Assembly: GCA_035250505.1 (NCBI GenBank)
Contig: DATFFC010000088.1
Span: 953 to 64,952 of the forward strand
Reading direction: 5' to 3'
Length of the DNA stretch: 64,000 nt
DNA from: Nitrospiraceae bacterium
GTDB taxonomy: Bacteria; Nitrospirota; Nitrospiria; Nitrospirales; Nitrospiraceae
Numbering within the stretch: position 1 is the first letter of the stretch; each line of letters opens with the position of its first letter. Of this stretch, positions 17,326 through 25,453 are shown one piece after another. A program made the position numbers and the translations under genes. The notes beneath the pieces were generated by a model. It saw only the letters and a program-made list of their open reading frames with translations. It was not told where the DNA came from and made no database searches.

Positions 17326-18111
17326 CTACACAAAGCTTTTGACCATTGAGCCCACCACCAGATACCACCCGTCCGCCAAGACGAACAAAATGAGTTTGAA
17401 CGGCAGTGAAATGACGACCGGCGGTAAGAGCATCATGCCCATCGACATCAGGACGCTGGCCACGACCATATCCACGATCAAGAAAGGGATGTAGATGAGG
17501 AAACCGATTTGGAACGCGATACGCAATTCGCTCAGCATAAAGGCCGGGATCACGATGTGCGTCGGCACTTGATCCACGGTCTCCGGCTTCTTGAGATGTG
17601 CCAGATCCACGAAGAGTTCCAAGTCTTTGTCCCGCATTTGTTTCAACATGAATGCGCGAATCGGTTGGATGCCCTTATTCCACGCCTCTTCATAGCCGAT
17701 GCGCTCCGCCATCAAGGGCTGAACGGCGTCCTTGTAGACGGCGTTTCCGACGGGCGCCATCACGAACAGCGTCAGAAACAGCGCGAGACTGATCAGGACC
17801 TGATTGGGCGGAACCTGTTGGGTGCCGAGCGCCTGACGTAAAAACGAGAGTACGATCACCATTCGTGTGAACGAGGTGACCATAATGAAGAGGGCCGGCG
17901 CGAGCGACAGGACGGTCAGGAGCGCCAGGATCTGGAGCACCACCGCCGTCTGCTTGGGACCCTGCTGTCCCAAATCGATCGTGACGGAAGGGCCCTGAGC
18001 CAAGGCCGGTGCGCCCTGGAGCAGCATGAGCCCCGCCAGCAGGAGACAGGAAATCCACAGGAAAGAATGTGGAGCAACGGATGCCGAGAACGACGACTTA
18101 CCCGACGGCAT
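17326..18111 (-). CDS. fliP: flagellar export apparatus protein FliP
   Basis: Conserved FliP segments are present ([85 protein letters not shown]-like). I set the start at ATG 18111. Confidence 0.92.
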   Translation of the reverse strand: [261 protein letters not shown]

Positions 18112-18460
18112 GCTCACCCATCTGCCCGGACGCCGTCGCCGCGGGATGGAGGGACAGTGAACCGGGTCCCGCCTGGGACATGGCCTGCTTGATTTGCTCG
18201 GGATCCGTGACGCGTCCGAGCGGCACCAATTCCGTGGCCGTCGTCCCGAGGATAAGGACTTCACCGGCCACCGCCACGACCAACACTTGTTTGCGAGGTC
18301 CCACATAACTGCTGCCTAAAACACGGATCAGCGGGGTCCCGGTCGGTCCGAACCACTTCCGGCCCATCATCATCTTCGCCAGCGCAAGAAGACCCAGGAT
18401 CAGGCCCAGCACCAGCGCCAACGACGCCACCATCCGTACTGCGCTGTCCCAGAATTCCAT
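18098..18460 (-). CDS. fliO: flagellar biosynthesis protein FliO
   Basis: 120 aa with a single N-terminal TM helix and the conserved region IRVLGSSYVGPRKQVLVVAVAGEVLILGTT. It lies immediately upstream of fliP. Confidence 0.75.
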   Translation of the reverse strand: MEFWDSAVRMVASLALVLGLILGLLALAKMMMGRKWFGPTGTPLIRVLGSSYVGPRKQVLVVAVAGEVLILGTTATELVPLGRVTDPEQIKQAMSQAGPGSLSLHPAATASGQMGEHAVG

Positions 18461-18488
18461 CGTATCTTTCAGATCATCAAGACCAGAA

Positions 18489-18638
18489 CCTATGGCTTAC
18501 GGTACAGGAAAGAGCTGATGGCCGATGGCAGATAGCGTATGGCAAGAAGGAGGCAGACTTTTCGTTTGTGCGATCAGCCATCAGCTATCGGCTCTTCTTC
18601 AGTGCCATCGGCTATACGCCATCAGCCATACGCTCTTC
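18489..18638. repeat. dyad-symmetric heptamer-repeat element, copy B (fliN|fliO intergenic)
   Basis: The left part carries ..ATGGC heptamers (CTATGGC, TGATGGC, CGATGGC, GTATGGC). The right part has two blocks: GCGATCA-GCCATCA-GCTATCG-GCTCTTC, and GCCATCG-GCTATAC-GCCATCA-GCCATAC-GCTCTTC. Confidence 0.8.
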
Positions 18639-18644
18639 TTATCT

Positions 18645-19019
18645 TTAGGCCAGTTGTTGCAGCCGCTGATTCGGGCTCACCACATCGGTCAGCCGGATGC
18701 CGAATTTCTCGTTGACGACGACCACTTCGCCCCGCGCCACCAGTTTATTGTTGACGAGGACTTCCATCGGCTCTCCCGCCAGCTTATCCAGTTCGATAAC
18801 GGAGCCTTGTCCCAGTTGCAGCAGTTCCCGAATCAACATGCGGGCGCCGCCGATCTGGACCGTCACCTGCAAGGGAATGTCGAGCAGAAAATCGATACTC
18901 TTGTTGGCGACGGCGGCATTCGTTTCCTCCACGGGCGGAAACGAAGCCGGTTGCGCCATAGGAGCGGCACTGTCGGCTGCGCCGTTTCCGGGCGTCGGGC
19001 TTACTTCGGCATTGGCCAT
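18645..19019 (-). CDS. fliN: flagellar motor switch protein FliN
   Basis: The C-terminal SpoA domain is present (LLDIPLQVTVQIGGARMLIRELLQLGQGSVIELDKLAGEPMEVLVNNKLVARGEVVVVNEKFGIRLTDV). I set the start at ATG 19019. Confidence 0.92.
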   Translation of the reverse strand: MANAEVSPTPGNGAADSAAPMAQPASFPPVEETNAAVANKSIDFLLDIPLQVTVQIGGARMLIRELLQLGQGSVIELDKLAGEPMEVLVNNKLVARGEVVVVNEKFGIRLTDVVSPNQRLQQLA

Positions 19020-19044
19020 AGACTCGTCTCCTTCTTCCTGCGAC

Positions 19045-20013
19045 TCATCCCAGCACCTTGCTGATCCGGCAGGCGTGATTGCCCTTGAACACTCCGGGCA
19101 GGCCCATGAATTTCGGTCGGCCTTCGACAAAGCACCAGAGGAGGTCGCCGGGATGTTCGTCGAGCAGGAGCACGTCGCCCGGCGCAAAATTCAACACGTC
19201 TTGCACGCTGACCGTCGCCGTACCAAGGCGAACCGTGAGCGACACGGCGCAATCCTGAAGGGAATCGCGAAAACGGCTTCCCCAACTGCTGTCTTGTTCG
19301 ATGTGGTCCGCAAAGAGCCCGGAATACAATTTTTCCTTGATCGGTTCGAGCATGGCATAGGGATAGACGATGAAGAGATCGCGCGACGCTTCACCGATCT
19401 GGACTTGCAAGGTGACCACGACGACGATTTCGGTCATCGTCACGACCATGGCGAACTGAGGATTGCTTTCCGACCTGGTGTGGGTGATCTTGGCCGTCAG
19501 TACGGCATGCCAAGCCCGTTCGAGATCCGTCATGGCGTTCTGCACGAATTTTTTGATGAGGCGCAATTGGATGGGCGTAAATTCCCGCCCTTCCGGCTTG
19601 ACGTGCGTCTGCACTTTGCCGCCGAAAAAGTAATCGACGATCAGGTACACCAGCGACGCATCCATGACGAACAGCCCGTTCCCGCGCAGCGGCTCCATCA
19701 CGAAAACATTCAACGACGAGGGCAGCGGGATTTTTCTGATGAAGTCGCCGAACTTCATGATCTCCGTGCCGACCACGCTGAATTCGACCTTCTCCCGCAG
19801 GCTGCTCGTCCAGGCGATCGATTGCCGGCGGCAGAACCGGTCATTGATCATCTCCATCGTGGGCATGCGCCCGCGGATGATCCGTTCCTGATTGAGGAGG
19901 TCATACCCCTTGATGCCGCCCGGACTCTCGTCGTTCGGTGTCGTATCGACATCACCGGACACGACACCGCCCATCAAGGCGTCGATTTCTTCCTGCGATA
20001 GGATCTTATCCAT
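19045..20013 (-). CDS. fliM: flagellar motor switch protein FliM
   Basis: MDKILSQEEIDALMGG is the CheY-P-binding LSQxEIDALL motif. 322 aa with a C-terminal SpoA-like region. Confidence 0.93.
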   Translation of the reverse strand: MDKILSQEEIDALMGGVVSGDVDTTPNDESPGGIKGYDLLNQERIIRGRMPTMEMINDRFCRRQSIAWTSSLREKVEFSVVGTEIMKFGDFIRKIPLPSSLNVFVMEPLRGNGLFVMDASLVYLIVDYFFGGKVQTHVKPEGREFTPIQLRLIKKFVQNAMTDLERAWHAVLTAKITHTRSESNPQFAMVVTMTEIVVVVTLQVQIGEASRDLFIVYPYAMLEPIKEKLYSGLFADHIEQDSSWGSRFRDSLQDCAVSLTVRLGTATVSVQDVLNFAPGDVLLLDEHPGDLLWCFVEGRPKFMGLPGVFKGNHACRISKVLG

Positions 20014-20034
20014 GGTTCGGTAGGGAAGAGCCGG

Positions 20035-20574
20035 CTATTGGATGACGAATTCCGTGAAATAGGCGGACCGCACGCCGGGCTTGGGCAACAACCCGTTGAC
20101 CCGTTGCGTGATCTCGTCGCGCAACTGCGCTTTGCCCTGAGGAGTACGGATCGTCCCGGAATCTTTGCTGGTCAGGAGCACGAGAATGCTGTCGCGGATC
20201 TGCGGAGTACGCTGTTTCAGTTCTTCGCCCGCGGCGGCTCGATCCAGTTCAAGCTTGACGGTCAATTTGAGATAGCGGATCTCCGGCGCATCGGCCAGAT
20301 TGACGATGAAGGGCTCCATATCGGCGATAGTCCCTGGCTCAGCCCCATGCGCCGCTCTCTTGTCCTGCGTCTCAGCCGACGCTTCGCTCCCGTGGGAGGC
20401 CACCTCGGCCTTACCCTCGGCGGCGGGCTTGTGGTCGCCGGTCATTCGAAACAAGATAAAGGCGCCGCCCAATCCGATGAGCAGCGCGCCCACGACAATC
20501 ATGATCACTAATTTCACAGGAACGCCGCCGCTTACGACCGGGGCCGCCAGTTTTTCTTCAACCGCTTCCGCCAT
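20035..20574 (-). CDS. fliL: flagellar basal-body-associated protein FliL
   Basis: 179 aa from ATG 20574. It has one TM helix and the conserved FliL core (FIVNLADAPEIRYLKLTVKLEL ... IRDSILVLLTSK ... LRDEITQRVN). Confidence 0.85.
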   Translation of the reverse strand: MAEAVEEKLAAPVVSGGVPVKLVIMIVVGALLIGLGGAFILFRMTGDHKPAAEGKAEVASHGSEASAETQDKRAAHGAEPGTIADMEPFIVNLADAPEIRYLKLTVKLELDRAAAGEELKQRTPQIRDSILVLLTSKDSGTIRTPQGKAQLRDEITQRVNGLLPKPGVRSAYFTEFVIQ

Positions 20575-20616
20575 ACAGACCTCCTCGCCGACTGTGACCG
20601 TCGAATAGCAGGGTTC

Positions 20617-20632
20617 TGCAATGCATATGCCA
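20617..20632 (-). promoter_or_regulatory. sigma-54 promoter upstream of fliL
   Basis: The minus strand reads TGGCAT-ATGCA-TTGCA (GG-N10-GC). It lies 43 nt upstream of the fliL ATG. Confidence 0.75.
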
Positions 20633-20779
20633 CATGGAACGGCGCAAAAAGCTGGGACGTGAGGCACAAGAGACCGCTTACGCTGTCCCTCCCGTCAGTT
20701 CGGTGACGAGGCATTCTGTGATCCCGACAGATCGTTGACGCGGAAATGCAAGAAGCAGTGAGGGGTTGGAAGGAATGAT

Positions 20780-20818
20780 GTAGGGTGGAGCGTCTGGAAA
20801 CCACACGCTCCACCCTAC
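20780..20818 (-). terminator. perfect 14-bp stem-loop 32 nt downstream of flgE
   Basis: GTAGGGTGGAGCGT-(11 nt)-ACGCTCCACCCTAC. No U-tract follows on the minus strand, so it could act as a terminator, an attenuator or an mRNA-stabilising hairpin. Confidence 0.4.
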
Positions 20819-20850
20819 GTGGAACTCCGAGCTCTATATCAATTCAGCCG

Positions 20851-22077
20851 TTATCGCTTCAGATTCACCAATTCCTGCAGCATCTCGTCGCTGGTCGTAA
20901 TGGCCCGAGAATTCGCTTGGAATGCCCGCTGCGTGATGATCATATCCACGAACTCCTTGCCCAGGTCGACATTGGATTGCTCCACTGCGCCGGACACAAC
21001 CTTGCCGAGTCCGTTGGTCGTCGGGGCGCCGGACAGCGGCTGTCCGGATTCGACGGTTTCGATGAACAGATTGTCACCTGTCTTGGCCAAGCCGTCGGGA
21101 TTGATGAACCGGTTCAAGACGACCTGCGCCAAGGCACGGCTCTGGCCGTTCGTAAACTGGGCCGTGACCCGTCCCTGCGCATCGACGGAGATCCGGTCCA
21201 GGGTGCCGGACGCAAAGCCGTCGACCGTTTGATCGATGACGCCGGACGGCGAGCCATATTGCGTCACGTTGGAAAAGTCCATCGTGACGGTCTGCGGTGT
21301 CGATGCCCCGCCCGGGATGACGAGCGACAGGGCTTGCGATCCACCGGAGGTGAGCGCCCCGCTTGCATCGAAGGTCAGGTCGGTGCGCGCGATCGGGGCG
21401 GCGCTGCCGACCTGAGAATACAGATCCCAGTTATTGGCGGTCGAGGTCTTTACAAAATAGAACCGCAACTGCTGCGCATTGCCCAACGAGTCGTACACGT
21501 TCACGCCTGTCGAGAAGTTATAGGTCGTGGGATCGGTCACATTGAAGGCGCCGGTCGGCACGGTCGCATTGGCGTCCAAATTGGCGCGGATCGCCGCGGT
21601 GGTCGTCACCTGCGGCGCGACCGCGTTTGACGTCAGCGTGATATTGCCGACCGTATTGGTGATATTGCCGTTGAGGTCGGCCTGATATCCCTGGAGCAGG
21701 AAGCCGCTGGCGTCCACCACCTGTCCAAGATTGTTGACCTTGAACTGGCCGGCGCGGGAGTAGTAGCTCGCCCCGGCACTGTCGTTCAAGTGATAAAAGC
21801 CGCTGCCGTCGATGGCCAGGTCGAACGTGTTACCGGTGGTCGTGAGCGAGCCTTGGGAGAAGTTCGGTTGAATGTCGTTCAGAAACACGCCGAGACCGAT
21901 TTGGTCCGCTCCGGATCCTCCGGCGAGGTTGGCCGAAATCAACTCGGCGAACGTCGCCCGGCTGGACTTGAAGCCGACCGTCCCGACATTCGCGATATTG
22001 TTTCCGATCACGGACATCGCATTGCCGTAAGCGTTGAGCCCGGTGACGGCGGTAAACATGCCGGTAAGAATTCCCAT
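20851..22077 (-). CDS. flgE: flagellar hook protein FlgE
   Basis: 408 aa. N-terminal GLNAYGNAMSVIGNNIANVGTVGFK and C-terminal VEQSNVDLGKEFVDMIITQRAFQANSRAITTSDEMLQELVNLKR. Confidence 0.93.
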   Translation of the reverse strand: MGILTGMFTAVTGLNAYGNAMSVIGNNIANVGTVGFKSSRATFAELISANLAGGSGADQIGLGVFLNDIQPNFSQGSLTTTGNTFDLAIDGSGFYHLNDSAGASYYSRAGQFKVNNLGQVVDASGFLLQGYQADLNGNITNTVGNITLTSNAVAPQVTTTAAIRANLDANATVPTGAFNVTDPTTYNFSTGVNVYDSLGNAQQLRFYFVKTSTANNWDLYSQVGSAAPIARTDLTFDASGALTSGGSQALSLVIPGGASTPQTVTMDFSNVTQYGSPSGVIDQTVDGFASGTLDRISVDAQGRVTAQFTNGQSRALAQVVLNRFINPDGLAKTGDNLFIETVESGQPLSGAPTTNGLGKVVSGAVEQSNVDLGKEFVDMIITQRAFQANSRAITTSDEMLQELVNLKR

Positions 22078-22114
22078 TGTATGATCCTCCTTCTGGTCTT
22101 AGGGGTGTGACGAA

Positions 22115-22435
22115 TTACGCAACGGCGCCGGTCGCCGGCGACGCCGATTGTGATTCTGATGTTGCCGGCTTGGTTGAACCTTGCGCCGTCTCCTGCAAGG
22201 CGACACTCCGTTCCATCAAGCTGACAAGCTTCGAGAGTTGCTCCAATTGGGTAAACTGAGCGGTCTGAGCAATGAAATCTTCATTCTCGATCGGGTTCAA
22301 CGGATCTTGGTGCTGAAGTTGCGTCACCAAGAGCTTGAGAAAATCGTCCTGTCCCATCGCTTTGGGCCCGTCTGAAGTCGGCGTGGCGGTTGACGGGGTT
22401 GAACGATTGTCGGTGATCACTTTGCTGATATCCAT
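22115..22435 (-). CDS. flgD: hook capping protein FlgD, N-terminal domain only (106 aa)
   Basis: [40 protein letters not shown] is the FlgD N-terminal signature. No Tudor or Ig-like C-terminal domain follows. I set the start at ATG 22435. Confidence 0.8.
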   Translation of the reverse strand: MDISKVITDNRSTPSTATPTSDGPKAMGQDDFLKLLVTQLQHQDPLNPIENEDFIAQTAQFTQLEQLSKLVSLMERSVALQETAQGSTKPATSESQSASPATGAVA

Positions 22436-22478
22436 AAGAGCCTCCAGTTCTGCAGAAACGTCGCTGCCGGCCTCTTCG

Positions 22479-24104
22479 CTAAGCGAAGTAGCTGACGATT
22501 CCCGTGTGTCGTCGCCGTTCAACCGACAAAGGTTCGCGCATGTCCGCCTCGGCCGCGCGCTGGACCGGATCCACCATCGAGGCATGCCGGTCGCTCTGCT
22601 GACCGAGCCAGCCCTGGGAATCACCTCGGGAAAGCTGCTGCTGGTCTACCGTCACCTTGAATTCGCCCATTTCGAGGCCGGAGCTCTGCAACCTGTGTTC
22701 AAGTTGCTGCTGCTGGCTGAGCATGCCCTGTCCAAGATCCATCTGATCGGTCCTGATATGGGCGTGAACGGTCCGATCACTCAGGAAGATACGGACATTG
22801 ATCGGCCCCAGATCGGCGGGCTCGAGATCCAGGCTCACTGCCTGGACCATCGGACGGCCCTCATCCCCCTGCGGCCAGGATATGGCCGTTCCTCGTCCGG
22901 TAATGCCATCCGTCCGATGGCCGCCTCCCTGCGGCGATGCCGCTCTGTCCGCCGCCACCGTCGCGATCGTCTCACCGAATCCTTCGCGGGGCGCAGGATG
23001 CTGGCCGGCCTGTGACGGCTCCGTCCGGCTGCCGGCCGCCTGATCTTCACGCCGTCCCATTGCCTCTTCTTGTCCACCGTTGAATTGAAACCACTCCGCC
23101 GGCGGCCGGTGCTCGACCATTCCGTCGGTGGCAGGATGGTCGCCCTGCTGCCAAGTTTCGATCGGGTTTGTAGCGTTTCGGGTAAATGGCGCATCGCCTG
23201 GGAGAGAAGCCTCATGAGACAGTGACAATGTTTCGTTCTTGGACTGCAGGTCCCCATGTGCCGGCATGTTCGAAAGCACCGTCGCCGGATCCGTTGATGG
23301 CTGGGTTTCCATCATGCCGGCGATCGCGGCCAAGCCTCCTTGCTCCCCGGCTTGCGGAAGACGGGGGTCGTTCGATGCCGGCAATGCTGGAGGAGGCTCC
23401 TTCGACTGCGCGCTCCCATCCTGGACTTCGGCAGGGCCAAGCAGTTGTTGTTGCGCGCCTGGCTTCATCAGCGAGGACGCCGTCGGCTGGCCGGCCGTAA
23501 GGTCCACGATGACCTGTGCCGAAGCGGTGGCAGACTCGATCGTGATCACCAACGCGTCTGTGTTATCGGACGCTGGCTCTGGTTCTCCGTTCGACGGGGT
23601 TTGGTCCGCGAGCGCGACGCACAAGGCGATCATCACATCGGCCGATGGGCCCCCATTCGTCTCATGCTCCTCGGTCCGCTGATCGCCTTCTTCAATCCGT
23701 TGATCCTGTTCTGCCATGCGGCCCTGTTCCACTTCTGCTGAGTGATCGAGACGATGGGTCACCGGCTCACGGTGCTCTCCCGGCTCGGCGGAGCGATGGT
23801 CCGGGGATGAACCGCCGGCGTGCCGATTCGCTTTCCCCGGCGATTCGGATCGACGAGACGCAGTCGAAGGAGACTTAGGGGATATCTCCGATGCCGCGCG
23901 CCGCGAATGATTCGGGCGATCCCGCTCATGGATCCGGCGATCCTCCAACGGAGACGATGCAGAATAATCCTCCCGAGCAGCGGCCTGCCGTGGGGCAATA
24001 CTATCCAAGAAGGCCGAAAACGATTGAGTCTGTCGCGGAGCTTCGACCGGTGGTCGGTCGGAAACGGATCGATGCTCAATAGGGAAAAGGCTTGGTTGAA
24101 CCAT
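22479..24104 (-). CDS. fliK: flagellar hook-length control protein FliK
   Basis: It has a long Pro/Ala/Gln-rich low-complexity N-terminal region. The C-terminal Flg_hook-like domain reads [65 protein letters not shown] 24104 lies 11 nt after GGAGGTG. Confidence 0.8.
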   Translation of the reverse strand: MVQPSLFPIEHRSVSDRPPVEAPRQTQSFSAFLDSIAPRQAAAREDYSASSPLEDRRIHERDRPNHSRRAASEISPKSPSTASRRSESPGKANRHAGGSSPDHRSAEPGEHREPVTHRLDHSAEVEQGRMAEQDQRIEEGDQRTEEHETNGGPSADVMIALCVALADQTPSNGEPEPASDNTDALVITIESATASAQVIVDLTAGQPTASSLMKPGAQQQLLGPAEVQDGSAQSKEPPPALPASNDPRLPQAGEQGGLAAIAGMMETQPSTDPATVLSNMPAHGDLQSKNETLSLSHEASLPGDAPFTRNATNPIETWQQGDHPATDGMVEHRPPAEWFQFNGGQEEAMGRREDQAAGSRTEPSQAGQHPAPREGFGETIATVAADRAASPQGGGHRTDGITGRGTAISWPQGDEGRPMVQAVSLDLEPADLGPINVRIFLSDRTVHAHIRTDQMDLGQGMLSQQQQLEHRLQSSGLEMGEFKVTVDQQQLSRGDSQGWLGQQSDRHASMVDPVQRAAEADMREPLSVERRRHTGIVSYFA

Positions 24105-24139
24105 GGGAATGTTGCACCTCCGGAAATGAGACCCAATAT

Positions 24140-24155
24140 TACAAGGCTCATGCCA
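24140..24155 (-). promoter_or_regulatory. possible weak sigma-54-like element upstream of fliK
   Basis: The minus strand reads TGGCAT-GAGCC-TTGTA. The -24 element is perfect, but -12 reads GT rather than GC. It lies 36 nt upstream of the fliK ATG. Confidence 0.25.
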
Positions 24156-24288
24156 TGAGTCGCGCATCAGAAAATCACGACTCAGGGCGTAATTTCTGTG
24201 AGATGAAACCGATCGGAGGCTGGAAGAGGGAAGCTTCTGCAGGGTAAGGAGGAAAAAACTTCCGGTCGCGCTCAGGAAGGAGGCGGCT

Positions 24289-24996
24289 CTATGGTGCAGC
24301 CAACAACTGCTCGGTCAGACGCGCCGCCCGCTCCGGACGAACGGCGGCGAGAATGGCGCCGGCGGACTTGCTTTTCAAGATGCGTAGCACTTCAATGGCC
24401 TTGCGTTCCGGCATGCGTTCCAGACTGGCCGCCGCTTCCTCGGCGGGCATCGACTCGTAGATTTTGGCCAACTGCGCCTGATGCTGATTTCTCGAGTCGG
24501 CCCCGGTCTTTTCCTGGCGGAGTTTGCGGTCCTGCTGCCGCTGTTGGCTTTCTGCTTCTTTCTGTTGCTGCGCGGCAGCCAGTCGTTCCTGCTTTGCGAG
24601 GATCTGTTCGAGTTCACCTTTTAACACCAACAGCCGGTCTTCTGCGCCGCGCAAGGAGGCCTCGCGCCGGTCGAGGTCGCGTTTCCGCTGATCAAGCATG
24701 TCGATAATCTCGCGGGGGACCGTCAGCGCCGGTCCCTGCACCGGAGTTCGTTCACTCGCACTTTGCTGAGGCTCGGCTGAAGCCGCCGATTGGGCGGATA
24801 TCCCGGTCGCCTGCCCGTTTGCGGCGGGAGGCTGCTCGGATTCAGCGGCTGCATGAGCCGGAAGGTCGACCAGCGAAACAAGACCGACGAGAAGCCAACC
24901 GGTGGCCGCCATCAGCGACCGCGAAACCGGCGACACCGCGCGGCGGCGTGCGAGCGGCCCGTCGTGACGGAAGATACTCAGGTTCCTGCTATTCAT
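24289..24996 (-). CDS. MgtE-N/MotE-like flagellar protein (YlxF/FlbB family)
   Basis: It has a signal or TM segment, then a coiled coil, then C-terminal LAKIYESMPAEEAAASLERMPERKAIEVLRILKSKSAGAILAAV (an MgtE_N-like repeat). It occupies the position held by ylxF in the Bacillus fliJ-ylxF-fliK order. Confidence 0.55.
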   Translation of the reverse strand: MNSRNLSIFRHDGPLARRRAVSPVSRSLMAATGWLLVGLVSLVDLPAHAAAESEQPPAANGQATGISAQSAASAEPQQSASERTPVQGPALTVPREIIDMLDQRKRDLDRREASLRGAEDRLLVLKGELEQILAKQERLAAAQQQKEAESQQRQQDRKLRQEKTGADSRNQHQAQLAKIYESMPAEEAAASLERMPERKAIEVLRILKSKSAGAILAAVRPERAARLTEQLLAAP

Positions 24997-25453
24997 GCGA
25001 ATGTCGTCCCGTGGGCACTTCCCATCTCGCCTCTCCACGCCGTCTGCGCGCCGCCTGCTCATCCATGAGCCGTTGATCTGCATGAAGCTCCTCCTGCTGT
25101 CGAGCCTCTCGGCGCCGGGCGATCAGAATATCGAGCTTCTTCCGTTCCTGCATGGCTCCGACGACCATCGACTGTTTATCCAGCCATTCACGGTGCAAGA
25201 CGGCATGGGCATCAGCCGATCGGCGAGCCTTGACCGACGCATGGTCGATGTCTTCATACCAATAAGAGGTCTCCTCGACCGTAAGACCGGCGAGAGCGGC
25301 TTCGGCGTATCGCCGTTGCTTCGCCTTGGCTTCGGCTTCATGGGAGGCTGCCTGTTCCGCGGATTCCTGCAGCACACGGGCGGCCGCCGCCAGCTCGATG
25401 CGCAGCGCGTCCTCGATCTGCCTACGATAGGCAAGCAGTCGCGAGAGATTCAT
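24989..25453 (-). CDS. fliJ: flagellar export chaperone/stalk protein FliJ
   Basis: 154-aa charged coiled-coil protein directly after fliI. The sequence LLAYRRQIEDALRIELAAA ... KKLDILIARRREARQQEE is FliJ-like. Confidence 0.75.
   Translation of the reverse strand: MNLSRLLAYRRQIEDALRIELAAAARVLQESAEQAASHEAEAKAKQRRYAEAALAGLTVEETSYWYEDIDHASVKARRSADAHAVLHREWLDKQSMVVGAMQERKKLDILIARRREARQQEELHADQRLMDEQAARRRRGEARWEVPTGRHSHE

Noticed and set aside
18595-18612. TGGCAC motifs on the minus strand at the start of each GCYATNN heptamer block, which look like -24 elements of sigma-54 promoters for fliO, flgI and fliG.
   Set aside because: The position 5 nt downstream reads AAGAG-like rather than TTGC, so GG-N10-GC is not satisfied. 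They are probably just part of the repeat.
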